NCBI GenBank assembly: GCA_964594275.1
Contig: CAZQMA010000006.1
Coordinates: 1 to 60,522, forward strand
DNA from: an uncultured Ruminococcus sp.
GTDB lineage: Bacteria > Bacillota > Clostridia > Oscillospirales > Ruminococcaceae
DNA length: 60,522 bases
Direction of reading: 5' to 3'
This document shows, one piece after another, positions 26,898-37,368 of the stretch. Below the pieces are notes generated by a model. The model ran no database searches and was not told the DNA's origin. It saw only the letters and a list, made by a program, of their open reading frames with translations. A program made the translations under genes and the position numbers. Numbering within the stretch: the stretch's first letter is position 1; every line of letters starts with the position of its first letter.

Positions 26898-29636
26898 ATG
26901 AGAAAAACTAACAAAGCAATCGCAGCTCTTACTGCTGCGGCACTTATGCTGAGTGCAGTAACACTGCCCTCGGCTCATGCTGAGACCGTTGCGTATGCGG
27001 CAACTCCCAGCATTGAATCACAGGTTGAAATCGGTACAATGAGTATCGGCGGCGGCGGTTTCGTTTCAGGCATCATAGCCGGTGACGACCAGATGTATGC
27101 CCGTACTGACGTTGGCGGTGCTTACCGTTACGACTTTGAGACTGAAAAATGGGTTCAGCTTATGGACTTTATCACCGATGCAGACAAGGGTTTCCTGTCC
27201 GTTGACGGTCTGGCTCTTGACCCCACTAACGATGATATAGTCTACATGCTGGCAGGCTGCGCTTACTTCTCCGACGCAAGAACTTCTATCTTCCGTTCAA
27301 AAGACGCTGGTGAGACATGGGATGAAATTGATGTTACCGACCTGATTCAGGTTCACGGCAACGGTTACGGCAGACACATGGGTGAGTCCATCGCTGTTGA
27401 TCCTGATAACCCCAACATCATCTACTGCGGCGGTGACGTTACTGCGGGTGAATCAGCGCTCATTATGAGTGAGGACGGTGGCGACACATGGGTGCCTGTA
27501 AAGGGCTACGATGACCTGGGCTACTACAATTCATCAATGAAGTGGCCCACATGGACTAATCATATGGTACGTGCTTTGTCTGATGCGGAATATTTAAAAC
27601 AGAACGGTGTTTCTCTCGTTCATATTCAAGATGGCAAGGTTTACGTTGGTACAACTATGGCAGAGGAAGGCAACCTCGTCGTTGCAGACGTTGGCTCTGA
27701 TGATTTTGAGGTTGTAAGTGCTGACCTTCCTACAGATGTTATGCCTGCACGAATCAGTGTTGATGCTGAGGGCAGAATGCTTATCTGCTATGTCGCAAAC
27801 CACACATTTGGCAACGGCTCCGGCGGTGTTTACCGCTATGACCCCAAGACAGGTACAGTTGAAAATATCTCTCCTGTAAATAACAGTATAGGAGCATGTC
27901 AGAGTGCACCTGACAATGCAGACGAGCTTATTGCTACTACTTGCGCTGTATGGAGTACTCAGAACTGGGACAAGGATACTACTGCATGGGGCGAATGGCT
28001 TTATCGCTCAACCGATGGCGGTAAGACATGGGAATCTATCTACCCCGGCAAGATGGGGCAGTGGTTATGGAACCAAGAAACAGGTGAAATGACCCAGGAG
28101 CAGCTCTACGACTATCCCAGCACAGGCGGAAGCGACTGGATCTGGGGTAAGGCCGTTCATTGGTCAGGTACCCTGGTACTCGACCCATTTGATCCGACTA
28201 AAGTCTGGGTTTCCTCTGGTAACGGTGTATTCAATTGGCAGCAGATATGGTCTGATGATCCACAGCTCACTTTCCATGCTGACGGAATTGAAGAGGTTGT
28301 TTGTCTGGATATGGTAAGTATTCCCGGCGGCGACCCTATTTCCGTAATAGGTGACTACGATGGCTTTATTCATAACAGTAAGACTGAATCTACTCAGCTC
28401 ACTCCCAGTATGAATGAGCTTACCGACAATACTGCTTCTACAGCAGGCATTGCTTACTGTCCCTCCAATCCCGATGTTATGGTAAGACTTGCCGAAGGCT
28501 TCAATCGCGGTTTTTACACAACAGACGGCGGTGAAACTTGGACAGTTCTTGAAAACATCCCTATAGCTAAGGCTAAGGCCGCCATCAATCAGCTTGAGGA
28601 TGGTTCCTACAGAATCTTGGTAACTGCTGAGGGCAAGGTTAGCTACACCGATGACTTCGGCAACACATGGAATAATTCTTCTCTTGAAGTTGGTATGACA
28701 AGTCCACTTTGGATGCAGGTTGACCCCGCAAATCCTCAGTATGTATACGGCTATGGCTACTACTACAACCAGTATTACTTCTACAGCAAGCCCTCCGCTA
28801 CCATTGATGACGCACGTTACGTTCTCATGGTCAGCGATGACTATGGCGCAACCTTCAAAAACGCTCAGACCATCTGTCAGTACGACGAATGTGACGGTGC
28901 TTATCGTATCGCTTATCTTGGCGAAGGTGAGTTCATTTTGGGTGCGGGATGGTATGGTGCATACCACGTAACCGATTACGGCAAGACTATTACTAAGCTT
29001 GACAGCGTAAACTACTGCAAGACCATCGGTTACGGCGCTCCCGAAAAGGACGGCGGTAAGAACACACTTTTCATGTGGGGTAAGCCTCTGGCTGATGACC
29101 CCGAAGGCGTTTACATGTCCACCGACTGCGGTGAAACCTGGAAGGCTTTCAACATCACCCGCCCTTACGGCGGTACTGCCAATGGTAACTTACTGGTAGG
29201 CGATATGAACACTTTCGGTACTGTTTATATGTCCACAGCGGGTTGCGGTATTGTTTATATGGCTCTCTCTGAAAACGCAAATCCCGATAAGCCCGATGAT
29301 ACAACCACTACAACAACTACTACAACTGCAAAGACAACAATTGCTACCACCACAACAACCACAACAACCACAACAACCACAACAACTGCAACAACTACAA
29401 CCTCTAAGACTGACATACCCGCTGACGTATACTTCGGCGACACCAACTTGGATCAGAAGATTTCCATGGTTGACCTGGTACTGCTGAACAAGTACAATGC
29501 AAGTCTGGTACAGTTCAACGAGCAGCAGTTGCTCAACGCTGATTGCAGCTACAATAACACTATCGACTCTGCTGATGCAAGAGCACTGCTTCAGTTCACA
29601 CTTGAGGTTATTGATTCACTGCCCATAATGCCTTAA
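26898..29636 (+). CDS. GH74 xyloglucanase/endoglucanase with a Thr-rich linker and C-terminal type-I dockerin (cellulosomal)
   Basis: Signal peptide. GH74-like BNR/sortilin repeats beginning GGGGFVSGIIAG. Thr linker. Dockerin Ca-binding repeats DTNLDQKISMVD and DCSYNNTIDSAD. Confidence 0.8.
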   Translation: MRKTNKAIAALTAAALMLSAVTLPSAHAETVAYAATPSIESQVEIGTMSIGGGGFVSGIIAGDDQMYARTDVGGAYRYDFETEKWVQLMDFITDADKGFLSVDGLALDPTNDDIVYMLAGCAYFSDARTSIFRSKDAGETWDEIDVTDLIQVHGNGYGRHMGESIAVDPDNPNIIYCGGDVTAGESALIMSEDGGDTWVPVKGYDDLGYYNSSMKWPTWTNHMVRALSDAEYLKQNGVSLVHIQDGKVYVGTTMAEEGNLVVADVGSDDFEVVSADLPTDVMPARISVDAEGRMLICYVANHTFGNGSGGVYRYDPKTGTVENISPVNNSIGACQSAPDNADELIATTCAVWSTQNWDKDTTAWGEWLYRSTDGGKTWESIYPGKMGQWLWNQETGEMTQEQLYDYPSTGGSDWIWGKAVHWSGTLVLDPFDPTKVWVSSGNGVFNWQQIWSDDPQLTFHADGIEEVVCLDMVSIPGGDPISVIGDYDGFIHNSKTESTQLTPSMNELTDNTASTAGIAYCPSNPDVMVRLAEGFNRGFYTTDGGETWTVLENIPIAKAKAAINQLEDGSYRILVTAEGKVSYTDDFGNTWNNSSLEVGMTSPLWMQVDPANPQYVYGYGYYYNQYYFYSKPSATIDDARYVLMVSDDYGATFKNAQTICQYDECDGAYRIAYLGEGEFILGAGWYGAYHVTDYGKTITKLDSVNYCKTIGYGAPEKDGGKNTLFMWGKPLADDPEGVYMSTDCGETWKAFNITRPYGGTANGNLLVGDMNTFGTVYMSTAGCGIVYMALSENANPDKPDDTTTTTTTTTAKTTIATTTTTTTTTTTTTTATTTTSKTDIPADVYFGDTNLDQKISMVDLVLLNKYNASLVQFNEQQLLNADCSYNNTIDSADARALLQFTLEVIDSLPIMP
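29296..29410 (+). repeat. low-complexity ACN-codon repeat encoding the poly-Thr linker
   Basis: (aca/acc/act) runs are directly visible. Confidence 0.8.
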
Positions 29637-29731
29637 CGGCATAGCAAAATATCAAGCAGGATCTGATGGAGAAATCTTTCTCTATTAGGTCACGAGAATC
29701 CGCACTGCGGCATAAGAGGAGATGAGCTGAT

Positions 29732-30181
29732 ATGGATCCTAACCTTTATCTCGGTCAGCGTAACACCGAGAAAACCGCCTTTAAGCCCTCTGAGCCTGTA
29801 GCTGCATCTGTTAAGACAGACGCAGCTGTGCCTGAAAATGAAGCTCCAACTCCCATGCTTCACCGCGAAAAGCGTCAGAAGCCTATGGGCAAGCTGAGAG
29901 TTTCAGGCAAGCGTTTCTTTGGGCAGATTCTCATTGACCACTGGATCATCAGAATCAACGGCGAACAAAAGAAAGTCCCATTTGGTAAAAATGGACTCAC
30001 TATGCATCTTCCTGCGGGTATGTATCTGGTTACAGCCTATACGCCCTACCTGGGAATGCACTGCAACAGGGTGACTGCGGATATTGAAGTCCGTCCAGGC
30101 GAGGTCACCGAAATATCCTACAAGACTATGTTTGACGTTTTCCGCAAGGGCGTTATTAGACAGGAGCGCATGGCGACGTAA
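29732..30181 (+). CDS. hypothetical protein
   Basis: ORF with RBS AAGAGGAG, followed by a terminator. Confidence 0.4.
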   Translation: MDPNLYLGQRNTEKTAFKPSEPVAASVKTDAAVPENEAPTPMLHREKRQKPMGKLRVSGKRFFGQILIDHWIIRINGEQKKVPFGKNGLTMHLPAGMYLVTAYTPYLGMHCNRVTADIEVRPGEVTEISYKTMFDVFRKGVIRQERMAT

Positions 30182-30189
30182 GAATTTTC

Positions 30190-30224
30190 TTCGGCTTCCG
30201 TTTTTTGACGGAAGCCGTTTTTTA
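30190..30224 (+). terminator. intrinsic terminator
   Basis: CGGCTTCCG-tttttt-ga-CGGAAGCCG then TTTTTT. Confidence 0.75.
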
Positions 30225-30231
30225 TCAGTAT

Positions 30232-30249
30232 TCGTTCCACGCAGAACTT
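30232..30249. repeat. palindrome family variant TCGTTCCACGCAGAACTT
   Basis: Shares GTTCCACGCAGAAC with the 16384 half-copy. Sits between two terminators. Confidence 0.7.
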
Positions 30250-30291
30250 TTTAACTAAACTATCCTATACATAAAAAGCTTTATAAAAAAT

Positions 30292-30327
30292 AAAGGCTAT
30301 CGCCATAGAGACGATAGCCTTTTTGTT
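30292..30327. terminator. bidirectional intrinsic terminator (metG 3' end)
   Basis: AAAGGCTATCG-ccatagaga-CGATAGCCTTT flanked by T/A runs. Confidence 0.7.
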
Positions 30328-30335
30328 GTATTCTA

Positions 30336-32282
30336 TTATCTGATTTTTGCGCCGCAGGGCAGGCTCTGGTCAGGAAATACCACCTTTGCACTACCATCAG
30401 GTGCGTCTGCTGCACATATCATGCCGTTGCTCTCTACACCGCACAGCTTTGCAGGCTTCAAGTTTACGATTACCATTACCTTCTTGCCGATAAGCTCTTC
30501 AGGTGTGTACCACTGGGCAATGCCGGACACTACCTGTCTGCCGCCCATGCCATCGTCAAGCTGTAATCTCAGAAGCTTCTTTGACTTCTTTACCTTTTCA
30601 CATTCTGTTACCTTGGCAACACGGATGTCAACCTTCATGAAGTCATCAAAGTCGATCTCTTCACCCTGAGGCTGCACCTCGATTGTCTCTTCTTCTGGCT
30701 CTTCCTTGACAAGATTACTGCTGATAATCTCGTTCAATGCTTCAATTTCCTTTTCAACATCAATTCTCGGGAAGATAATATCTCCCTTCTTAACTGTTAC
30801 ATCACATCTCAGAACGCCGAATTTACCTGCGTTTTCGTAGGTTCTCTCACTCTCAAGTGCGCCTATCTGTTCCCATACGATTGGCATGGTTGTAGGCATA
30901 AATGCAGATAGAAGCGTGGAGATGATTCTTACTGTATCAAGGAGATTATAGAGTACAGTTGCAAGTCTTGCCTTGTTTGCTTCGTCCTTTGCAAGTACCC
31001 AAGGTGCAGTTTCATCAATATACTTGTTTGCACGGGATACTACCTTGAAGATTTCTGCAAGTGCAAGGTTCAGCTGTGTATTGTCAATATAACCGTCTAC
31101 TGCATCTCTCAGTCCCTCAGCCATTGCGATAAGATCAGAGTCAAACTCGCCACCCTGACGCTCTACGGGAAGTGTGCCGCCGAAGTACTTATCCACCATC
31201 GCTACCGTTCTGGATACCAGGTTGCCAAAGCCGTTTGCAAGGTCGGAGTTGATACGATTAATCATTATTTCGTTGGAGAAAGAGCTGTCTGCGCCCAGTG
31301 CCATTTCACGTAGAATATGGTAACGGATAGAGTCTGCGCCATATCTTTCACCCAACACCAGTGGGTCAACTACATTGCCCAGAGATTTGCTCATCTTCTG
31401 ACCGTTAAATGTAATCCATCCATGTACTGCAAGGTGCTTAGGCAGCGGCAGATCCAGTGCCATGAGCATTGCAGGCCAAATAAGCGCATGAAAACGCTGA
31501 ATGTCCTTTGCCACCATATGAACATCTGCGGGCCAATACTTATCATAGTCATTGTAGGCTTCATTGTAGTAGCCCAGAGCGGTGATGTAGTTTGACAAAG
31601 CATCAATCCACACGTATACAACGTGCTTTTCATCAAAGCTTACAGGTACTCCCCAGGAGAAAGAGGTGCGAGATACGCATAAATCCTCAAGTCCCGGCTT
31701 TATGAAGTTGTTTACAAGCTCGGTTGCTCTTGTCTTAGGCTGAAGATAGTCAGTTTCGGTGAGGAGCTTTTCCAGACGCTCTGCAAAAGGAGACATTTTG
31801 AAGAAATAAGCCTCTTCCTTTGCTTCAACTACGTCTCTGCCACATTCCGGGCACTTGCCGTCAACAAGCTGAGACTCTGTCCAAAAGCTCTCGCAGGGTG
31901 TACAGTACTTGCCTGAATATTCACCCTTATAGATATATCCTCTGTCATAAAGCTCTTTGAATATCTTCTGTACCGATTCAACATGGTAATCGTCGGTTGT
32001 ACGGATATAGCGGTCGTAGCTTATATTCATGTACTGCCACAAATTCTTGAAAATTGCAACTATCTCGTCAACATACTCCTTAGGAGTTACGCCCTTTTCT
32101 GCTGCTTTCTGTTCAATCTTCTGACCATGCTCGTCGGTACCTGTCAAGAACATTACATCATAGCCCTGCATACGGCGGTAACGTGCGATAGAGTCACAAG
32201 CTACAGTTGTATAGCAATGTCCGATATGGGGATTGCCTGAAGGGTAGTAAATAGGTGTGGTTATATAAAATTTTTTACACAT
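30336..32282 (-). CDS. metG: methionyl-tRNA synthetase with a C-terminal tRNA-binding (EMAP-like) domain
   Basis: HIGH motif (GNPHIGHCYTT), KMSKS motif, and a C-terminal Trbp111-like domain. Confidence 0.95.
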   Translation of the reverse strand: MCKKFYITTPIYYPSGNPHIGHCYTTVACDSIARYRRMQGYDVMFLTGTDEHGQKIEQKAAEKGVTPKEYVDEIVAIFKNLWQYMNISYDRYIRTTDDYHVESVQKIFKELYDRGYIYKGEYSGKYCTPCESFWTESQLVDGKCPECGRDVVEAKEEAYFFKMSPFAERLEKLLTETDYLQPKTRATELVNNFIKPGLEDLCVSRTSFSWGVPVSFDEKHVVYVWIDALSNYITALGYYNEAYNDYDKYWPADVHMVAKDIQRFHALIWPAMLMALDLPLPKHLAVHGWITFNGQKMSKSLGNVVDPLVLGERYGADSIRYHILREMALGADSSFSNEIMINRINSDLANGFGNLVSRTVAMVDKYFGGTLPVERQGGEFDSDLIAMAEGLRDAVDGYIDNTQLNLALAEIFKVVSRANKYIDETAPWVLAKDEANKARLATVLYNLLDTVRIISTLLSAFMPTTMPIVWEQIGALESERTYENAGKFGVLRCDVTVKKGDIIFPRIDVEKEIEALNEIISSNLVKEEPEEETIEVQPQGEEIDFDDFMKVDIRVAKVTECEKVKKSKKLLRLQLDDGMGGRQVVSGIAQWYTPEELIGKKVMVIVNLKPAKLCGVESNGMICAADAPDGSAKVVFPDQSLPCGAKIR

Positions 32283-32558
32283 AGAATTTGCCTCCTATTG
32301 TATTTTTCGTTTACTCTATATTATACCATATTTCTTTTATCTTGTCAGCAAAAAATCAAAAAATTTATAAATACACCCAAAAATACCGTTCTTTCTCAGG
32401 AATGGTTTTACTTTGGCATTTTTTCGATGCTCCGAAATTTGTTTTGTAAACAAACTATGTAACTTAACATAAAGACGTTAATTTTTTGCCTTTACGGGAC
32501 TATTAATGAGGAGGCATTATTTTTGTTGCTCAATTTTTTACGAAAGGAAGTGCATTAA

Positions 32559-33032
32559 ATGATTTCAGAAAAAAGAGAGCTGACTTTCTGCCGTCTCTAC
32601 GCTCGTCTTGGCAGCATACGTGAAGCAGCAGTTCAGGCCGGCTTTACTCAGACCGACGCTCTTTCAGCGGGAATGGATATTCTGAGCAAAAAGAAGTATC
32701 AGCATCTCATACGACAGCTCAGAAGTACGCTCTGCTCAGACATTTCCGACAGCGTTGTCTGCGGGCTTATGCGTATTGCCTTCGGTGACATTACAGACGC
32801 AGTACGGCTTCTTAACGCTGAAGAGCCACTCTCCCCGGAAGAGCTTTCACATCTTGACCTTATAAACGTTTCTGAGATAAAACGAGTCAAGGGCGGCGGT
32901 ATGGAGATTAAGTTCTTTGACCGCCAGAAAGCCATGGAGAAGCTTTTAGAACTTAGCGGTGACTCAGACCGACGCTCGGCGGCTCAGAATCTGCTCAGTG
33001 CGCTAGTCGGAGATGGTGAGGATGAATTTTAA
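32559..33032 (+). CDS. phage terminase small subunit
   Basis: TerS (P27-type)-like protein, ...KRVKGGGMEIKFFDRQKAMEKLLEL, located immediately upstream of terL. Confidence 0.65.
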   Translation: MISEKRELTFCRLYARLGSIREAAVQAGFTQTDALSAGMDILSKKKYQHLIRQLRSTLCSDISDSVVCGLMRIAFGDITDAVRLLNAEEPLSPEELSHLDLINVSEIKRVKGGGMEIKFFDRQKAMEKLLELSGDSDRRSAAQNLLSALVGDGEDEF

Positions 33033-34281
33033 ACCTTTTTCACCAAAACAGCGTCTTGCACTTTCCTGGTGGACTCAGCCGGAAACAAGAAACCGTGATG
33101 CTATTATCTGCGATGGCTCGGTACGAAGCGGCAAAACTCTCTGCATATCCCTAGGGTTTGTACTCTGGGCTTCGGCATCCTTTGACGGTGGAGATTTTGC
33201 ATTCTGCGGCAAAACCATTACTTCTCTCAAAAGAAATCTGGTTACGCCCCTTCTCCGTACTCTTCGTACTCTCGGCTTTGAGTGCCGTGAAAAAACAGGC
33301 GCAAACTACGCTGACATTACTCTTCCCGGCGGTTCACAGAACAGATTCTACTACTTCAGCGGCAAGGACGAAAGCAGTGCTGCGCTTATTCAGGGTATCA
33401 CCCTTTCGGGTGTGCTTCTGGATGAAGTTGCACTTATGCCACGTTCATTCGTTGAACAGGCGCTTGCACGATGCTCCGTTGGCGGCTCGAAGATGTGGTT
33501 CAGCTGTAACCCCGAACACCCGGGGCACTGGTTTTACCGTGAGTGGATTTGTAAAAAAGAAGAGAAGAACGCCCTCTATCTACATTTTACCATGAAAGAT
33601 AATCCATCACTCACCGATAAACTCAGACAGAGATATGAACGGCTCTACTCAGGCGTGTTCTATGACAGGTTTATACTGGGTAAATGGGTACAGACAGGCG
33701 GACTGGTTTATCCCATGTTCAGCCGTGAGAAGCACGTCCGCACAGCTTCTTCCCGATGCACTGAATACAGAATTTCCTGCGACTACGGTACAGTGAATCC
33801 TTCATCCTTTGGTCTTTGGGGAAAATGTGACGGCGTATGGTATCGCTTACGTGAATACTACTACGATGCCCGCAAGGCAGGCTTTTCCCGCACTGACGAG
33901 GAGCACTACAGTGCACTCTGTGAACTTGCAGGTGACACCGACGCAAGAGAGGTTATCATTGACCCGTCAGCGGCAAGTATGATTGCCTGCATTGAACGTC
34001 ATGGTCGTTTCCGCGTTATACGTGCTGACAACCGTGTTCTAATGGGAATCCAAAAGGTCAGCGAGGCTCTTTCCTCGGGTGAGATATACATATGCCCTCA
34101 GTGTGAGGACATTATACGTGAATTCTCACTCTATGTCTGGGAGGACAGCGCAAAAGGGGACGCTCCCAAAAAGGAAAATGACCATGCTATGGACGATATG
34201 CGCTATTTCGTCATGTCTCTTTCATGGGACGAGAACAACAGCTTCTTTGCCTCCTCAGCAAGAAGACGAAAGGAGATGTAA
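33013..34281 (+). CDS. phage terminase large subunit (PBSX/XtmB-type)
   Basis: Walker A (DGSVRSGKT), ATPase and nuclease halves. Typical TerL length. Confidence 0.85.
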   Translation: MVRMNFKPFSPKQRLALSWWTQPETRNRDAIICDGSVRSGKTLCISLGFVLWASASFDGGDFAFCGKTITSLKRNLVTPLLRTLRTLGFECREKTGANYADITLPGGSQNRFYYFSGKDESSAALIQGITLSGVLLDEVALMPRSFVEQALARCSVGGSKMWFSCNPEHPGHWFYREWICKKEEKNALYLHFTMKDNPSLTDKLRQRYERLYSGVFYDRFILGKWVQTGGLVYPMFSREKHVRTASSRCTEYRISCDYGTVNPSSFGLWGKCDGVWYRLREYYYDARKAGFSRTDEEHYSALCELAGDTDAREVIIDPSAASMIACIERHGRFRVIRADNRVLMGIQKVSEALSSGEIYICPQCEDIIREFSLYVWEDSAKGDAPKKENDHAMDDMRYFVMSLSWDENNSFFASSARRRKEM

Positions 34282-34288
34282 TATTAAA

Positions 34289-35443
34289 ATGGGTTTATTC
34301 CGAAAGAGAAATCCCCCCTCAAAGCCTCAGAATCAGCAGCTTATGTACTCAGTTCCCAGAAACGGCATAAGAGATACCCCTATGGATGCTTTTGCTGAGG
34401 CTGAGCTTTACAGGCAACTGAGAATTTCCGTGCCTATAATTGATGCGGCTATTCAGAAGATTGTACGGCTTACGGGTAGCTTCTCTCTCACCTCCACCGA
34501 CCCCACCATGCAGAAAAAGCTTGACTGCTTCGTTAAAAACGTTCCTGCGGGTGGTTCTATGCGCTCTCTTCATTCATTTGCGGATGTTTACCTGGACAGT
34601 CTTATAACTTACGGCAGTGCTCTGGGTGAGATGTGCATTGACACAAAAAGCCGTACATTAGCGGCACTTATGTGCGCTGAGCCTTCACAGGTTATCGTCT
34701 TACCCTCAGATATACCGGGCGAATGCTCTTTCAGTTATGCGCCCAAGGAGGGGGAAACTGAGGCTTTGCCTCTTGCACATCCTGAGAGAATTCTTTTCTC
34801 CGCACTTTCACCTCAGCCCGGTGAGCTTAGAGGTGTATCTGTTCTCAGGGGACTTCCTGCACTCAGCAATATTCTCCTCAGAATCTACGAGTGCATCGGG
34901 CAAAACTACGACCGTTGCGGCAATGTCCGTTATGCAGTTGTGTACAAACCTTCAAATGACCCTGCTGACCGTGCGTATGCAGGTGAACGTGCAAAGGCTA
35001 TTGCCCGTGAATGGAGCTATGGTATGGCTTCCGCTGCTATGGGTGAGGTTAGAGACTTCGTTTGTGCCGGTGACGTTGAAATCAAGGTTATCGGCGCAGA
35101 CAACCAGCTTCTTTCCACCGAAATTCCTGTCCGCCAACTCCTTGAACAGCTAATTGCAAAGCTCTCTATTCCACCTTTTCTTCTGGGTCTCAACTGGAGC
35201 AGCACTGAACGTATGAGCAGTCAACAGGCTGATATTCTCACATCAGAGCTTGAATACTACCGTCGCCTGCTTACTCCTGTTCTCTGCCGCATCGGTGAAA
35301 CTTTCCTGCGCCTTAATGGCTCGGATGGCGACATTGAAGTTGAGTGGTCAAATATCAGTCTCAAGGACGAGACAGAGCTTGCTCAGGCAAGACTCTGGAA
35401 TGCTCAGGCGGAACAGATTGAAAAGAAGATCAATAACAACTGA
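34289..35443 (+). CDS. phage portal protein (candidate)
   Basis: Positioned after terL, about 385 aa. Start ATG at 34289 behind AAAGGAGA; the longer ORF from 34079 lies inside terL. Confidence 0.55.
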   Translation: MGLFRKRNPPSKPQNQQLMYSVPRNGIRDTPMDAFAEAELYRQLRISVPIIDAAIQKIVRLTGSFSLTSTDPTMQKKLDCFVKNVPAGGSMRSLHSFADVYLDSLITYGSALGEMCIDTKSRTLAALMCAEPSQVIVLPSDIPGECSFSYAPKEGETEALPLAHPERILFSALSPQPGELRGVSVLRGLPALSNILLRIYECIGQNYDRCGNVRYAVVYKPSNDPADRAYAGERAKAIAREWSYGMASAAMGEVRDFVCAGDVEIKVIGADNQLLSTEIPVRQLLEQLIAKLSIPPFLLGLNWSSTERMSSQQADILTSELEYYRRLLTPVLCRIGETFLRLNGSDGDIEVEWSNISLKDETELAQARLWNAQAEQIEKKINNN

Positions 35444-35462
35444 ATGTTCCACGTGGAACATT
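35443..35462. repeat. 20-bp perfect palindrome AATGTTCCACGTGGAACATT (member of a dispersed family)
   Basis: Self-complementary. Abuts the portal stop codon. See finding 1. Confidence 0.85.
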
Positions 35463-35508
35463 CTTGAACTCTACATTATAATACTAAAGTCTAAGGAGGA
35501 TTTTACTT

Positions 35509-36480
35509 ATGTATAATAACATTCATCTTGAAAAAGGCATGTATCATCTGGCAGGCAAAAGCTTTACTGAGGCTCTTGAGGCTCTTGATCCCTCTTCTCA
35601 GTACACTGACACGCCTCTTGCTCAGCTGGATGCCTATGAACGTCAGCTAAAGCGTTTCGACATCCGCATCAGCGGCAAGAACTGCGACAAGGTTGAAAAG
35701 TTTTTTACTTCCACCGAAAGTGCGGTACTCTTCCCTGAATTTATCCGCAGAAGCATCCGTCAGGGCATTGACAGCTCCGTTCTCTCCGATATCTCCGCTG
35801 CCGAAACCAAGTGCTCTTCCTCTCAGTACCTGGGCTGTGACCTGGACGATTCCGCTTCCTATGATACCGTTTCCGACCAGTGGGATACTCTGCCTGTTAC
35901 TGAAATCGCTGAGCAGACTACTCCTCTCACTCTCAAAAAGTACGCCCGCTCTATCCACATCTCCTACGAGGCTATTCGCAGACAGCGACTGGATGTACTC
36001 TCCGTTATGCTGAGAAGTGTAGGCGTAAAGCTGGGTAATGCTATTGTAAAGGCTGCGGTTACTGTTCTTAAATCCGAAGCAGGTTCTTCTACTCATATGA
36101 CAGGTACAGCTCTTGCCTACAGTGATCTGGCAGCTCTTTGCGGTAAGTTCAAGGACTTTAACCTCAACACCGTTATTGCGTCTCCCGCTGTTTTGGCATC
36201 TATTCTCACCATGGATCAGATGGCTGACAGTTCCTCTGACGTTCCCGGTAAGGCTATGCTGCCATTTGGTGCTATGATTCTCAAGACAGCTCAGCTAGAT
36301 GATAACACTATCATCGGTATCGACAAAAATTTCGCTCTTGAAATGATTACCGCTACCGATCTTATCATGGAGACTGACAAGCTCATTGACAGTCAGACTT
36401 CTACCATAACAGTATCAGTTCAGGCGGGCTTCCGTTCCATTATGACTGACGCTATTCACGTCCTCTCACTGACAGAATAA
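35509..36480 (+). CDS. HK97-fold major capsid protein (candidate)
   Basis: ...TPLTLKKYARSIHISYEAIRRQRLDVLSVMLRSVGVKLGNAIV... resembles the Phage_capsid family core. Confidence 0.5.
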   Translation: MYNNIHLEKGMYHLAGKSFTEALEALDPSSQYTDTPLAQLDAYERQLKRFDIRISGKNCDKVEKFFTSTESAVLFPEFIRRSIRQGIDSSVLSDISAAETKCSSSQYLGCDLDDSASYDTVSDQWDTLPVTEIAEQTTPLTLKKYARSIHISYEAIRRQRLDVLSVMLRSVGVKLGNAIVKAAVTVLKSEAGSSTHMTGTALAYSDLAALCGKFKDFNLNTVIASPAVLASILTMDQMADSSSDVPGKAMLPFGAMILKTAQLDDNTIIGIDKNFALEMITATDLIMETDKLIDSQTSTITVSVQAGFRSIMTDAIHVLSLTE

Positions 36481-36499
36481 TCAAAGAAAGGAGCATTGT

Positions 36500-37354
36500 A
36501 TGGAAATTACACCTGAAATGCTCACACAGCTTAACATCTACACCCGCCGTGACTTTACGGCGGATGAGGTATATATTTTCAAGGTACGGCTGTGTGACAA
36601 CGATATAGATAGAGACGGCGAGCGATTCTCCCTCAGTGCCCTAAGTGAGCTTTGTAAGCTCTTTGTAGGTAAGACGGGTATCTTTGATCACAATCCAAAG
36701 GGCGAAAACCAGAACGCACGTATTTTCCGTACCGATATTGAAATCGACGAGAAGCGTACTACTGCGGCAGGCGAGCCTTATACCGCTCTCTGCGGTTACG
36801 CTTATATGGTGCGCACCGATGGCAACAGCGACCTTATCCGTGAAATTGACGGCGGCATCAAGAAAGAAGTAAGCATTTCATGCAGTGCAAAAAAACGTAC
36901 ATGCAGCGTTTGCGGTAGAGACCGCACCTCTTCTCCCTGCACCCACATGCCCTTCCATGACTATAAGGGAAAGATGTGTCATGTAGTGCTATCTGAAATA
37001 ACTGATGCCTACGAATGGAGCTTTGTTGCAGTACCTGCTCAGCGCAATGCGGGGGTTACCAAACGTTATAATGAGAACGGTATTCCGCCTGTGGATGATT
37101 CACAGCTCTTTCACTGTCAGAAACTTCTCCGTGATATTGAAGAGAGAACTCGCAGAGAGGTTGTAAGTCTCTATTGCTGTGCAGGCCATAGCTCTACAAA
37201 AGCTTTTGCTATGGCTGCAGCGAGAATGGACCTTGAAGAACTCCTCATTCTCCGGGACAAACTTATGGAGGAGCTTGAACCCAAACCACTGGTACAGCTT
37301 GAAAAACCTGCTGATAAGTCGGTTTCCAATCTCAATGAATTCTGTATAGGATAA
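36500..37354 (+). CDS. HK97-family prohead protease (S78-like) with a scaffold-like C-terminal tail
   Basis: IFKVRLCDNDIDRDGERFSLSAL...GIFDHNPKG...LIREIDGG...EWSFVAVPAQRNAGV follows the S78 motif pattern. Coiled-coil C-terminus. Confidence 0.5.
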   Translation: MEITPEMLTQLNIYTRRDFTADEVYIFKVRLCDNDIDRDGERFSLSALSELCKLFVGKTGIFDHNPKGENQNARIFRTDIEIDEKRTTAAGEPYTALCGYAYMVRTDGNSDLIREIDGGIKKEVSISCSAKKRTCSVCGRDRTSSPCTHMPFHDYKGKMCHVVLSEITDAYEWSFVAVPAQRNAGVTKRYNENGIPPVDDSQLFHCQKLLRDIEERTRREVVSLYCCAGHSSTKAFAMAAARMDLEELLILRDKLMEELEPKPLVQLEKPADKSVSNLNEFCIG

Positions 37355-37368
37355 GGAGGTTTTTCTCT

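Noticed and set aside
32283-32558. T-box leader for metG, as is common in Firmicutes.
   Set aside because: No GGGTGGNACCGCG-like element is found on the minus strand in this intergenic region.
34079-34288. Portal ORF start at 34079, giving a 454-aa protein.
   Set aside because: That start lies inside terL in another frame. An ATG with an AAAGGAGA RBS at 34289, just after the terL stop, is far more plausible.
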